A stretch of DNA of 64,000 nt from the NCBI GenBank assembly GCA_964016885.1, contig OZ024741.1, forward strand, positions 258,912,001 through 258,976,000. The letters are read 5' to 3'. This document shows, piece by piece, positions 25,892 to 40,771 of this stretch. The notes below the pieces were generated by a model. The model made no database searches. It was not told the origin of the DNA and saw only the letters and a program-made list of their open reading frames with translations. A program made the translations under genes and the position numbers. Each line of letters starts with the position of its first letter. Position 1 is the first letter of the stretch. This DNA comes from Eledone cirrhosa (Eukaryota).

Positions 25892-26632
25892 AGATCAAAA
25901 GGTTGAATTTTATGTGCATAACAAACACTCCCTGAAACATAAGTAATAAACATGTAAAGTTTGAAAAAAGTCGGTTGGGTACTTCTCGCATTTTAGGGAT
26001 TCAAATTCACAGACACACACACACACAGACAGACATCCTCAGGGAAGTGACGTAATGCAGACAGCCAGACATACAGACAGATATTATAAGGGCACGACGT
26101 TATATGTATGTATCTATCTAAAAAGAGAAAGACTAAGAATTATAGAGCGAGATCGCTAAATCGCCTAATGTGGTCCCTAGGGCATTGAAAATTTGAAATA
26201 TTTTTTGCTCAGAACACTCCCTGAAACATAAGTATTACATGTGTAAAGTTCGAAAACAGTCGGTTGGGTTGTTCTTGAGTTTTAAGGATTGAAACTCACA
26301 CACAGACAGACATCCTCAGTTTTATATATATAGACTAGCAGAAAACCACCCGGTGAGCGGTTTTCTGCTAGCAAATCTAGTGTATATACTGATATTGTTG
26401 AGATTTGGATGAGAAATGTTTTTGGCACCACATGTTCAAGCGTCTCTCGGTGTGTCTTTTATGCATGTATAAATATATGTTATCTATACGGTGAAATCTT
26501 TGAAATAAATATATGTTAAAACGAAAAAGGAGAAAAAGAGATTAGTGACGGAAATATAAACGTTATGATATAACGATGGAAATATATAAACGTTTACGAT
26601 AAAACGATGGAAATAGAAACGTTTATATATAA
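25892..26632. repeat. A module copy 7
   Basis: Near-identical copy; junction at 26334/26335. Confidence 0.95.
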
Positions 26633-27814
26633 TAAGCCGAAAGACTCGTAAGCTGAAACACTCGTAAGCCGAAACACTCATAAGTCGAAACACTCGTAAG
26701 TCGAAACACACGTAAGCCGAAACACTGAAACACTCGTAAGCCGAAACACTCGTAAGTCGAAACACTCGTAAGCCGAAACACTCGTAAGCCGAAACACTCG
26801 TAAGCCGAAATACTCGTAAGTCAAAACACTCGTATGTCGAAACACTCGTAAACCGAAACACTCGTAAGTCGGAACACTCGTAAGTCAGAACACTCGTAAG
26901 TCAGAACACTCGTAAGTCGAAACACTCATAAGTCGAAACACTCGTAAGTCGAAACACCCGTAAGTCGAAACACCCGTAAGTTGAAACACTCGTATGTCGA
27001 ATAACTCGTAAGCCGAAACACCGTAAGTCAAAACACTCGTAAGTCGAAACACTCGTAAGTCGAAACACCCATAAGCCGAAACACTCGTAAGCCAAAACAT
27101 TCGTAAGTCGAAACACTCGTAAACCGAAACACTCGTAAGCCAAAACATTCGTAAGTCGAAACACTCGTAAGTCGAAACACCCATAGCCGAAACACTCGTA
27201 AGTCGGAACACACGTAAGTCAGAACACCCGTAAGTCAGAACACTCGTAAATCAGAACACTCGTAAGTCAGAACACTCGTAAGTCAGAGCACTCGTATCGA
27301 AACACTCGTATGTCAAAACACCCGTAAGTCAAAACACTCGTAAGTCGAAACACTCGTAAGCCGAAACACCGTAAGCCAAAACACTCGTAAGTCGAAACAC
27401 CCGTAAGTCGGAACACTCGTAAGTCGAAACAATCGTATGTCAAAACACCCCTAAGTCATAACACTCGTAAGTCGAAACACTCGTAAGCAGAAACACCGTA
27501 AGTCAAATCACTCGTAAGTCAAAACACTCGAAAGTCGAAACACTCGTAAGTCGAAACACTCGTAAGTCGAAACACTCGTAAGCCGAAACACTCGTAAGTC
27601 GAAACACTCGTAAGTCGTAACACTCGTAAGTCGAAACACTCGTAAGCCGAAACACTCGTAAGCTGAAACAATCGTAAGTCGGAACACTAGTAAGTCAGAA
27701 CGCTCGTAAGTCAGAACACTCGTAAGTCAGAACACTCGTAAGTCAGAACACTCGTAAGTCAGAACACTCGTAAGTCGAAACACTCGTATCGAAACACTCG
27801 TAAGTCAAAACACC

Positions 27815-28552
27815 AGATCAAAAGGTTGAATTTTATGTGCATAACAAACACTCCCTGAAACATAAATAATAAACATTTAAATTTTGAAAAAAATCGGTTG
27901 GGTACTTCTCGCATTTTAGGGATTCAAACTCAGACACACACACACACACAGACAGACATCCTCAGGGAATTGACGTAATGCAGACAGCCAGACATACAGA
28001 CAGATATTATAAGGGCACGACGTTATATGTATCTATCTAAAAAGAGAAAGACTAAGAATTATAGAGAGAGATCGCTAAATCGCCTAATGTGGTCCCTAGG
28101 GCATTGAAAATTTGAAATATTTTTTGCTCAGAACACTCCCTGAAACATAAGTATTACATGTGTAAAGTTCGAAAACAGTCGGTTGGGTGGTTCTCGAGTT
28201 TTAAGGATTGAAACTCACACACAGACAGACATCCTCAGTTTTATATATATAGACTAGCAGAAAACCACCCGGTGAGCGGTTTTCTGCTAGCAAATCTAGT
28301 GTATATACTGATATTGTTGAGATTTGGATGAGAAATGTTTTTGGCACCACATGTTCACCGTCTCTCGGTGTGTCTTTTATGCATGTATAAATATATATGT
28401 TATCTATACGGTGAAATCTTTGAAATAAATATATGTTAAAACGAAAAAGGAAAAAAAGAGATTAGTGACGGAAATATAAACGTTATGATATAACGATGGA
28501 AATATATAAACGTTTACGATAAAACGAAGGAAATAGAAACGTTTATATATAA
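27815..28552. repeat. A module copy 8
   Basis: Near-identical copy; junction at 28253/28254. Confidence 0.95.
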
Positions 28553-30213
28553 TAAGCCGAAAGACTCGTAAGCCGAAACACTCGTAAGCCGAAACACTCA
28601 TAAGTCGAAACACTCGTAAGTCGAAACACACGTAAGCCGAAACACTGAAACACTCGTAAGCCGAAACACTCGTAAGTCGAAACACTCGTAAGCCGAAACA
28701 CTCGTAAGCCGAAACACTCGTAAGCCGAAATACTCGTAAGTCAAAACATTCTTAAGCCGAAACACTCGTAAGTGGAAACACGCGTTAGCCGGAACACTCG
28801 TAAGTCGAAACACTCGTACGCCGAAACCCTCGTAAGTCGGAACACTCGTAACTCAGAACACTCGTCAGTCAGAACACTCGTAAGTCGAAACACCCGTAAG
28901 TCAAAACACTCGTAAGTCGAAACACTCGTAAGTCAGAACACTCGTAGGTCAGAACACTCGTAAGTCGAAACACTCGTTAGTCAGAACACTCGTAACACTC
29001 GTAAGTCGAAACACTCGTATCGAAACACTCGTATGACAAAACAACCGTAAGTCATAACACTCGTAAGACGAAACACTCGTAACTCGAAACACTCGTAAGT
29101 CGAAACACTCGTAAGTCGAAACACCCGTAAGTCAAAACACCCGTAAGTCATAACACTCGTAAGTCGAAACACTCTTAAGTCGAAACACCCGTAAGTCGAA
29201 ACACACGTAAGTCAAAACACTCGTATGTCGAAACACTCGTAAGCCGAAACACCGTAAGTCAAAACACTCGTAAGTCGAAACACTCGTAAGTCGAAACACT
29301 CGTAAGTCGAAACACTCGTAAGCCGAAACACTCGTAAGCCAAAACATTCGTAAGTCGAAACACTCGTAAGCCGAAACACTCGTAAGTCGAAACACTCGTA
29401 AGCCGAAGCACTCGTAAGTCGAGACCCTCATAAGCCGAAATACTCGTAAGTCGGAAGACTCGTAAGTCAGAACACCCGTAAGTCAGAACACTCGTACGTC
29501 AGAACACTCGTAAGTCAGAACACTCGTAAGTCAGAACACTCGTATCGAAACACTCGTATGTAAAAACACCCGTAAGTCAAAACACTCGTAAGTCGAAACA
29601 CTCGTAAGCCGAAACATTCGTAAGCCAAAACAATCGTAAGTCAAAACAATCGTAAGCCGAAACACTTGTAAGTCGAAACACCCGTAAGTCAGAACATTCG
29701 TAAGTCAAAACATTCGTAAGTCGAAACACTCGTAAGTCGAAACACTCGTAAGTCGAAACACGCGTAAGTCAGAACACTCGTAGGTCAGAACATTCGTAAG
29801 TCAAAACACTCGTAAGTCAGAACACTCGTAACAGTCGTAAGTCGAAACACTCGTATCGAAACACTCGTATGTCAAAACACCCGTAAGTCATAACACTCGT
29901 AAGTCGAAACACTCGTAAGCAGAAACACCGTAAGTCAAAACACTCGTAAGTCAAAACACTCGTAAGTCGAAACACTCGTATGTCGAAACACTCGTAAGTC
30001 GGAACACTCGTAAGCCGAAACACTCGTAAGTCGGAACGCTCGTAAGTCGGAACACTCGTAAGTCAGAACACTCTTAAGTCGAAACACTCGTAAGCCGAAA
30101 CACCCGTAAGTCAAAACACTCTTAAGTCAAAACACTCGTAAGCCGAAACACACGTAAGTCAAAACACTCGTAAGTCGAAACACTCGTACGCCGAAACACT
30201 CGTAAAGCGAAAC

Positions 30214-30283
30214 GTATAAATAAAGATTAATGTAATGAATTTGAAAAGCATAGATATTTGAAACCGCGTCTATTTGTTATTTT
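30214..30283. repeat. B module copy 8
   Basis: Same 70-bp sequence. Confidence 0.95.
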
Positions 30284-31183
30284 CGTAAGTCGAAACACTC
30301 GTAAGCCGAAACACTCGTAAGTCGAAACACTCGTAAGTCGGAACATTCGTAAGTCGAAACACTCGTAAGTCGAAACACTCGTAAGTCGAAACACGCGTAA
30401 GTCGAAACACCCGTAAGTTAAAACACTCGTAAGTCGAAACACTCGTAAGCCGAAACACCCGTAAGTCAGAACATTCGTAAGTCAAAACACTCGTAAGTCG
30501 AAACACTCGTAAGTCGAAACACTCGTAAGTCGAAACACTCGTAAGTCGAAACACCCGTAAGTCAAAACACTCGTAAGTCAGAACACTCGTAGGTCAGAAC
30601 ACTCGTAAGTCGAAACACTCGTAAGTCAGAACACTCGTAACACTCGTAAGTCGAAACACTCGTATCGAAACACTCCTATGTCAAAACACCCGTAAGTCAT
30701 AACACTCGTAAGTCGAAACACTCGTAAGCAGAAACACCGTAAGTCAAAACACTTGTAAGTCAAAACACTCGAAAGTCGAAACACTCGTAAGTCGAAACAC
30801 TCGTAAGTCGAAACACTCGTAAGCAGAAACACCGTAAGTCAAAACACTCGTAAGTCAAAACACTCGAAAGTCGAAACACTCGTAAGTCGAAACACTCGTA
30901 AGCCGAAACACTCGTAAGTCGAAACACTCGTAAGTCGTAAAAACTCGTAAGTCGAAACACTCGTAAGTCGAAACACTCGTAAGCCGAAACACTCGTAAGC
31001 CGAAACACTCGTAAGTCGGAACACTCGTAAGTCAGAACGCTCGTAAGTCAGATCACTCGTAAGTCAGAACACTCGTAAGTCAGAACACTCGTAAGTCAGA
31101 ACACTCGTAAGTCAGAACACTCGTAAGTCAGAACACTCGTAAGTCGAAACACTCGTATCGAAACACTCGTAAGTCAAAACACC

Positions 31184-31922
31184 AGATCAAAAGGTTGAAT
31201 TTTATGTGCATAACAAACACTCCCTGAAACATAAGTAATAAACATGTAAAGTTTGAAAAAAATCGGTTGGGTACTTCTCGCATTTTAGGGATTCAAACTC
31301 ACAGACACACACACACACAGACAGACATCCTCAGGGAAGTGACGTAATGCAGACAGCCAGACATACAGACAGATATTATAAGGGCACGACGTTATATGTA
31401 TGTATCTATCTAAAAAGAGAAAGACTAAGAATTATAGAGCGAGATCGCTAAATCGCCTAATGTGGTCCCTAGGGCATTGAAAATTTGAAATATTTTTTGC
31501 TCAGAACACTCCCTGAACAATAAGTATTACATGTGTAAAGTTCGAAAACAGTCGGTTGGGTTGTTCTCGAGTTTTAAGGATTGAAACTCACACACAGACA
31601 GACATCCTCAGTTTTATATATATAGACTAGCAGAAAACCACCCGGTGAGCGGTTTTCTGCTAGCAAATCTAGTGTATATACTGATATTGTTGAGATTTGG
31701 ATGAGAAATGTTTTTGGCACCACATGTTCAAGCGTCTCTCGGTGTGTCTTTTATGCATGTATAAATATATGTTATCTATACGGTGAAATCTTTGAAATAA
31801 ATATGTTAAAACGAAAAAGGAGAAAAAGAGATTAGTGACGGAAATATAAACGTTATGATATAACGATGGAAATATATAAACGTTTACGATAAAACGATGG
31901 AAATAGAAACGTTTATATATAA
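31184..31922. repeat. A module copy 9
   Basis: Near-identical copy; junction at 31626/31627. Confidence 0.95.
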
Positions 31923-34029
31923 TAAGCCGAAAGACTCGTAAGCTGAAACACTCGTAAGCCGAAACACTCATAAGTCGAAACACTCGTAAGTCGAAACACA
32001 CGTAAGCCGAAACACTGAAACACTCGTAAGCCGAAACACTCGTAAGTCGAAACACTCGTAAGCCGAAACACTCGTAAGCCGAAACACTCGTGAGCCGAAA
32101 TACTCGTAAGTCAAAACATTCGTAAGCCGAAACACTCGTAAGTGGAAACACGCGTAAGCCGGAACACTCGTAAGTCGAAACACTCGTACGCCGAAACACT
32201 CGTAAGTCGGAACACTCGTAAGTCGAAACACCGTAAGTCAAAACACTCGTATGTCGAAACATCCGTAAATCAGAACACTCGTAAGTCAAAACACTCGTAA
32301 GTCGAAACACTCGTAAGCCAAAAATACTCGTAAGTCGAAACACCCTTAAGTCAAAACACTCGTAAGTCGAAACACTCGTAAGCCGAAACACCCGTAAGTC
32401 AAAACACCCGTAAGTCGAAACACTCGTAAGTCGAAACACTCGTACGCCGAAACACTCGTAAGTAAAAACATTAGTAAGTCGAAACACTCGTAAGCCGAAA
32501 GACTCGTAAGTCGAAACACTCGTAAGTCGAAACACCCGTAAGTCAAAACATTCGTAAGTCAAAACACTCGTAAGTCGAAACACTCGTAAGTAGAAACACT
32601 CGTAAGTCAAATCTCTCGTACGCCGAAACACTCGTAAGTAAAAACATTAGTAAGTCGAAACACTCGTAAGCCGAAACACTCATAAGTCGAAACACTCGTA
32701 AGCCGAAACACCCGTAAGTCAAAACATTCGTAAGTCAAAACACTCGTAAGTCGAAACACCCGTAAGTCAAAACACTCGTATGTCGAAACACTCGTAAGCC
32801 GAAACAACGTAAGTAAAAACACTCGTAAGTCGAAACACCCATAAGTCGAAACACTCGTAAGCCGAAACACTCGTAAGTCGAAACACTCATAAGCCGAAAC
32901 ACTCGTAAGTCGGAACACTCGTAAATCAGAACACCCGCAAGTCAGAACACTCGTAAATCAGAACACTCTTAAGTCGAAACTCACGTACGCCGAAACACTC
33001 TTAAGTCGAAACACTCGTAAGTCGAAACATCCTTAAGTCGAAACACTCGTAAGTCGAAACACTCGTAAGTCGAAACACCCGTAAGTCGAAACACCCGTAA
33101 GTCAAAACACTCGTATGTCGAAACACTCGTAAACCGAAACACTCGTAAGTCGGAACACTCGTAAGTCAGAACACTCGTAAGTCAGAACACTCGTAAGTCG
33201 AAACACTCATAAGTCGAAACACTCGTAAGTCGAAACACCCGTAAGTCGAAACACCCGTAAGTCGAAACACTCGTATGTCGAATAACTCGTAAGCCGAAAC
33301 ACCGTAAGTCAAAACACTCGTAAGTCGAAACACTCGTAAGTCGAAACACCCATAAGCCAAAACACTCGTAAGCCAAAACATTCGTAAGTCGAAACACTCG
33401 TAAACCGAAACACTCGTAAGCCAAAACATTCGTAAGTCGAAACACTCGTAAGTCGAAACACCCATAGCCGAAACACTGGTAAGTCGGAACACACGTAAGT
33501 CAGAACACCCGTAAGTCAGAACACTCGTAAGTCAGCACACTCGTAAGTCAGAACACTCGTAAGTCAGAGCACTCGTATCGAAACACTCGTATGTCAAAAC
33601 ACCCTTAAGTCAAAACACTCGTACGTCGAAACACTCGTAAGCCGAAACACCGTAAGCCAAAACACTCGTAAGTCGAAACACCCGTAAGTCGGAACACTCG
33701 TAAGTCGAAACACTCGTAAGTCGAAACACTCGTAAGCCGAAACACTCGTAAGCCGAAACACTCGTAAGTCGAAACACTCGTATCGAAACACTCGTAAGTC
33801 GAAACACACTTAAGTCAAAACACTCGTAAGCCAAAACACTCGTAAGTCGAAACACTCGTAAGTCGGAACACTCGTAAGTCAGAACACTCGTAAGTCAGAA
33901 CACTCGTAAGTGGAAACACGCGTAAGTCGAAAGACCCGTAAGTCAAAAATCTCGTAAGTCAAAACACTCGTAAGCCGAAACACTCGTAAGTCGAAACACT
34001 CGTAAGTCGAAACATTCGTAAAGCGAAAC

Positions 34030-34099
34030 GTATAAATAAAGTTTAATGTAATGAACTTGAAAAGCATAGATATTTGAAACCGCGTCTATTTGTTATTTT
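34030..34099. repeat. B module copy 9
   Basis: Same 70-bp sequence. Confidence 0.95.
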
Positions 34100-35420
34100 C
34101 GTAAGTCGAAACACTCGTAAGTCAGAACACTCGTAAGTCAGAACACTCTTAAGTCAGAACACTCGTATCGAAACACACGTATGTCAAAACACCCGTAAGT
34201 CAAAACACTCGTAAGTCGAAACACTCGTAAGTCGAAACACTCGTAAGCCGAAACAATCGTAAGTCAAAACACTCTTAAGTCGAAACACTCGTAAGCCGAA
34301 AATACTCGTAAGTCGGAACACCCGTAAGCCGAAACCCTCGTAGGTCGGAACACTCGTAAGTCGAAACACTCGTAAGTCGAAACACCCGTAAGTCGGAACA
34401 CTCGTAAGTCAGAATACTCGTAAGTCGAAACACTCGTAAACCGGAACACCCGTAAGGCAAAACATTCGCAAGTCAAAACACTCGTAAGTCGAAACACTCG
34501 TAAGCCGAAACACTCGTAAGTCGAAACACTCGTAAGTCGAAACACTCGTAAGTCGAAAAACTCGTAAGTCAGTGCACCCGTAAGTCAGAACACTCGTAGT
34601 CAGAACACTCGTAAGTCGAAACACTCGTAAGTCGAAACACCCGTAAGTCGAAACATCCGTAAGTCAAAACACTCGTATGTCGAAACACTCGTAAGCCGAA
34701 ACACTCGTAAGTCGGAACACTCGCAAGTCAGAACACTCGTAAGTCAGAACACTCGTAAGTCGAAACACTCGTAAGTCGAAACACTCGTAAGTCGAAACGC
34801 CCGTAAGTCAAAACACTCGTATGTCGAAACACTCGCAAGCCGAAAAACCGTAAGTCAAAACACTCGTAAGTCGAAACACTCGTAAGTCGAAACACTCGTA
34901 AGCCGAAACACTCGTAAGCGAAAACATTCGTAAGTCGAAACACTCGTAACCCGAAACACTCGTAAGTCGAAACACTCGAAAGCCGAAACACTCGTAAGTC
35001 GAAACACTCATAAGCCGAAACACTCGTAAGTCGGAACACTCGTAAGTCAGAACACCCGTAAGTCAGAACACTCGTAGTCAGAACACTCGTAAGTCGAAAC
35101 ACTCGTAAGCCGAAACACTCGCAAGTCGAAGCACTCGTAATCCGAAACACTCTTAAGTCGAAACACTCGTAAGTCGGAACACTCGTAAGTCAGAACACTC
35201 GTAAGTCAGAACACTCGTAAGTCGAAACACTCGTAAGCCGAAACATCCGTAAGTCAAAACATCCGTAAGTCAAAACACTCGTAAGCCGAAACACTCGCAA
35301 GTCGAAGCACTCGTAATCCGAAACACATGTAAGTCAAAACACTCGTAAGTCAAAACACTCGTAAGCCGAAACACTCGTAAGTCGAAACACTCGTAAGTCG
35401 AAACACTCGTAAAGCGAAAC

Positions 35421-35490
35421 GTATAAATAAAGATTAATGTAATGAATTTGAAAAGCATAGAGATTTGAAACCGCGTCTATTTGTTATTTT
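35421..35490. repeat. B module copy 10
   Basis: Same 70-bp sequence (ATAGAGATTT subtype). Confidence 0.95.
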
Positions 35491-36777
35491 CGTAAGTCGA
35501 AACACTCGTAAGCCGAAACACTCGTGAGCCGAAACACTCGTAAGTCGGAACACTCGTAAGTCAGAACACTCGTAAGTCAGAACACTCGTAAGTTAGAACA
35601 CTCGTAAGTCAGAACACTCGTAAGTCAGAACACTCGTAAGTCAGAACACTCGTAAGTCGAAACACTCGTATCGAAACACTCGTATGTCAAAACACCAGTA
35701 AGTCAAAACACTCGTAAGTCGAAACACTCGTAAGCCGAAACACTGTAAGTCAAAACACTCGTAAGTCGAAACACTCGTAAGTCGAAACACTCGTAAGCCG
35801 AAACACTCGTAAGCCGAAACACTCGTAAGTCGGAACACTCGTATGTCAGAACACTCATAAGTCAGAACACTCGTAAGTCAGAACACTCGTAAGTCGAAAC
35901 ACTCGTAAGCCGAAACACCGTAAGTCGAAACACCCGTATGTCGAAACACTCGTAAGCCGAAACACTCGTAAGTCGAAACACCCGTAGTTGAAACACTCGT
36001 AAGTCGAAACACCCGTAAGTCGAAACACTCGTAAGTCGAAACACTCGTAAGCCGAAACACTCGTAAGTCGAAACACTCATATGCCGAAACACTCGTAAGT
36101 CGAAACACTCGTAAGTCAGAACACTCGTAGTCAGAACACTCGTAAGTCAAACCACTCGTAAGCCGAAACACTCGTAAGTCGAAACACTCGTAAGTCAAAA
36201 CACTCGTAAGTCGAAAAACTCGTAAGCCGGAACACTCGTAAGTCAGAACACTCGTAAGTCAGAACACTCGTAAGTCGAAACACTCGTAAGCCGAAACACC
36301 CGTAAGTCGAAACATTCGTAAGTCGAAACACCCGTAAGTCGAAACAGTCGTAAGTCGAAACAGCCGTAAGTCGAAACACTCGTAAGTCGAAACACTCGTA
36401 AGTCGAAACACCGTAAGTCAAAACACTCGTATGTCGAAACATCCGTAAATCAGAACACTCCTAAGTCAAAACACTCGAAAGTCGAAACACTCGTAAGTCG
36501 AAACACTCGTAAGTCGAAACACTCGTAAGCCGAAACACTCGTAAATCGAAACACTCGTAAGTCGTAACACTCGTAAGTCGAAACACTCGTAAGCCGAAAC
36601 ACTCGTAAGCCGAAACACTCGTAAGTCGGAACACTCGTAAGTCAGAACGCTCGTAAGTCAGAACACTCGTAAGTCAGAACACTCGTAAGTCAGAACACTC
36701 GTAAGTCAGAACACTCGTAAGTCAGAACACTCGTAAGTCGAAACACTCGTATCGAAACACTCGTAAGTCAAAACACC

Positions 36778-37515
36778 AGATCAAAAGGTTGAATTTTATG
36801 TGCATAACAAACACTCCCTGAAACAAATAATAAACATGTAAAGTTTGAAAAAAATCGGTTGGGTACTTCTCGCATTTTAGGGATTCAAACTCACAGACAC
36901 ACACACACACACAGACAGACATCCTCAGGGAAGTGACGTAATGCAGACAGCCAGACATACAGACAGATATTATAAGGGCACGACGTTATATGTATCTATC
37001 TAAAAAGAGAAAGACTAAGAATTATAGAGAGAGATCGCTAAATCGCCTAATGTGGTCCCTAGGGCATTGAAAATTTGAAATATTTTTTGCTCAGAACACT
37101 CCCTGAAACATAAGTATTACATGTGTAAAGTTCGAAAACAGTCGGTTGGGTGGTTCTCGAGTTTTAACGATTGAAACTCACACACAGACAGACATCCTCA
37201 GTTTTATATATATAGACTAGCAGAAAACCACCCGGTGAGCGGTTTTCTGCTAGCAAATCTAGTGTATATACTGATATTGTTGAGATTTGGATGAGAAATG
37301 TTTTTGGCACCACATGTTCACCGTCTCTCGGTGTGTCTTTTATGCATGTATAAATATATATGTTATCTATACGGTGAAATCTTTGAAATAAATATATGTT
37401 AAAACGAAAAAGGAAAAAAAGAGATTAGTGACGGAAATATAAACGTTATGATATAACGATGGAAATATATAAACGTTTACGATAAAACGAAGGAAATAGA
37501 AACGTTTATATATAA
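36778..37515. repeat. A module copy 10
   Basis: Near-identical copy; junction at 37216/37217. Confidence 0.95.
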
Positions 37516-39748
37516 TAAGCCAAAAGACTCGTAAGCCGAAACACTCGTAAGCCAAAACACTCATAAGTCGAAACACTCGTAAGTCGAAACACACGTAAGC
37601 CGAAACACTGAAACACTCGTAAGCCGAAACACTCGTAAGTCGAAACACTCGTAAGCCGAAACACTCGTAAGCCGAAACACTCGTAAGCCGAAATACTCGT
37701 AAGTCAAAACATTCGTAAGCCGAAACACTCGTAAGTGGAAACACGCGTGAGCCGGAACACTCGTAAGTCGAAACACTCGTACGCTGAAACCCTCGTAAGT
37801 CGGAACACTCGTAACTCAGAACACTCGTCAGTCAGAACACTCGTAAGTCGAAACACCCGTAAGTCAAAACACTCGTAAGTCGAAACACTCGTATCGAAAC
37901 ACTCGTATGTCAAAACAACCGTAAGTCATAACACTCGTAAGTCGAAACACTCGTAACTCGAAACACTCGTAAGTCGAAACACTCGTAAGTCGAAACACCC
38001 GTAAGTCAAAACACCCGTAAGTCATAACACTCGTAAGTCGAAACACACTTAAGTCAAAACACCCGTAAGTCATAACACTCGTAAGTCGGAACACTCGTAA
38101 GTCGAAACACCGTAAGTCAAAACACTCGTATGTCTAAACATCCGTAAATCAGAACACTCGTAAGTCAAAACACTCGTAAGTCGAAACACTCGTAAGCCAA
38201 AAATACTCGTAAGTCGAAACACCCTTAACTCAAAACACTCGTAAGTCGAAACACTCGTAAGCCGAAACACCCGTAAGTCAAAACACCCGTAAGTCGAAAC
38301 ACTCGTAAGTCGAAACACTCGTACGCCGAAACACTCGTAAGTAAAAACATTAGTAAGTCGAAACACTCGTAAGCCGAAAGACTCGTAAGTCGAAACACTC
38401 GTAAGTCGAAACACCCGTAAGTCAAAACATTCGTAAGTCAAAACACTCGTAAGTCGAAACACTCGTAAGTAGAAACACTCGTAAGTCAAATCTCTCGTAC
38501 GCCGAAACACTCGTAAGTAAAAACATTAGTAAGTCGAAACACTCGTAAGCCGAAACACTCATAAGTCGAAACACTCGTAAGCCGAGACACCCGTAAGTCA
38601 AAACATTCGTAAGTAAAAACACTCGTAAGTCGAAACACCCATAAGTCGAGACACTCGTAAGCCGAAACACTCGTAAGTCGAAACACTCATAAGCCGAAAC
38701 ACTCGTAAGTCGGAACACTCGTAAATCAGAACACCCGCAAGTCAGAACACTCGTAAATCAGAACACTCTTAAGTCGAAACTCACGTACGCCGAAACACTC
38801 GTAAGTCGAAACACTCGTAAGTCGAAACATCCTTAAGTCGAAACACTCGTACACCGAAACACTCGTAAGTATAAACATTAGTAAGTCGAAACACTCGTAA
38901 GCCGAAACACTCGTAAGTCGAAACACCCATAGCCGAAACACTGGTAAGTCGGAACACACGTAAGTCAGAACACCCGTAAGTCAGAACACTCGTAAGTCAG
39001 CACACTCGTAAGTCAGAACACTCGTAAGTCAGAGCACTCGTATCGAAACACTCGTATGTCAAAACACCCTTAAGTCAAAACACTCGTACGTCGAAACACT
39101 CGTAAGCCGAAACACCGTAAGCCAAAACACTCGTAAGTCGAAACACCCGTAAGTCGGAACACTCATAAGTCGAAACACTCGTAAGTCGAAACACTCGTAA
39201 GCCGAAACACTCGTAAGCCGAAACACTCGTAAGTCGGAACACTCGTAAGTCGGAACACTCGTAAGTCAGAACACTCGTAAGTCAGAACACTCGTAAGTCA
39301 GAACACTCGTAAGTCAGAACACTCGTAAGTCGAAACACTCGTATCGAAACACTCGTATGTCAAAACACCCATAAGTCAAAACACTCGTAAGTCGAAACAT
39401 TCGTATGTCGAAACATCCGTAAATATGAACACTCGTAAGTCGAAACACTCGTAAGTCGAAACACTCGTAAGCCGAAACACTCGTAAGTCGAAACACTCGT
39501 ATCGAAACACTCGTAAGTCGAAACACACTTAAGTCAAAACACTCGTAAGCCAAAACACTCGTAAGTCGAAACACTCGTAAGTCGGAACACTCGTAAGTCA
39601 GAACACTCGTAAGTCAGAACACTCGTAAGTGGAAACACGCGTAAGTCGAAAGACCCGTAAGTCAAAAATCTCGTAAGTCAAAACACTCGTAAGCCGAAAC
39701 ACTCGTAAGTCGAAACACTCGTAAGTCGAAACATTCGTAAAGCGAAAC

Positions 39749-39818
39749 GTATAAATAAAGATTAATGTAATGAACTTGAAAAGCATAGATATTTGAAACC
39801 GCGTCTATTTGTTATTTT
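39749..39818. repeat. B module copy 11
   Basis: Same 70-bp sequence. Confidence 0.95.
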
Positions 39819-40771
39819 CGTAAGTCGAAACACTCGTAAGTCAGAACACTCGTAAGTCAGAACACTCTTAAGTCAGAACACTCGTATCGAAACACACGTA
39901 TGTCAAAACACCCGTAAGTCAAAACACTCGTAAGTCGAAACACTCGTAAGTCGAAACACTCGTAAGCCGAAACAATCGTAAGTCAAAACACTCTTAAGTC
40001 GAAACACTCGTAAGCCGAAAATACTCGTAAGTCGGAACACCCGTAAGCCGAAACCCTCGTAGGTCGGAACACTCGTAAGTCGAAACACTCGTAAGTCGAA
40101 ACACCCGTAAGTCGGAACACTCGTAAGTCAGAATACTCGTAAGTCGAAACACTCGTAAACCGGAACACCCGTAAGGCAAAACATTCGCAAGTCAAAACAC
40201 TCGTAAGTCGAAACACTCGTAAGCCGAAACACTCGTAAGTCGAAACACTCGTAAGTCGAAACACTCGTAAGTCGAAAAACTCGTAAGTCAGTGCACCCGT
40301 AAGTCAGAACACTCGTAGTCAGAACACTCGTAAGTCGAAACACTCGTAAGTCGAAACACCCGTCAGTCGAAACATCCGTAAGTCAAAACACTCGTATGTC
40401 GAAACACTCGTAAGCCGAAACAGTCGTAAGTCGAAACACCGTAAGTCAAATCACTCGTAAGTCAAAACACTCGAAAGTCGAAACACTCGTAAGTCGAAAC
40501 ACTCGTAAGTCGAAACACTCGTAAGCCGAAACACTCGTAAGTCGAAACACTCGTAAGTCGTAACACTCGTAAGTCGAAACACTCGTAAGCCGAAACAATC
40601 GTATGTCGGAACACTCGTAAGTCAGAACGCTCGTAAGTCAGAACACTCGTAAGTCAGAGCACTCGTAAGTCAGAACACTCGTAAGTCAGAACACTCGTAA
40701 GTCAGAACACTCGTAAGTCGAAACACTCGTATCGAAACACTCGTATCGAAACACTCGTAAGTCAAAACACC

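Larger units (their letters stand above)
19480..25945. repeat. Near-identical 3,234-bp tandem duplication of one composite unit
   Basis: Constant offset 3234 (20015->23249, 21765->24999, 22361->25595) with shared rare variants such as GTCGGTAGACTC. Confidence 0.93.

Noticed and set aside
31669-32631. Longest ORF (320 aa, also 49783-50745) with a hydrophobic C-terminal segment read from the A module
   Set aside because: Mostly translated satellite. The hydrophobic tail reflects a T-rich strand, its length changes with (TA)n slippage between copies, and there is no recognisable domain.
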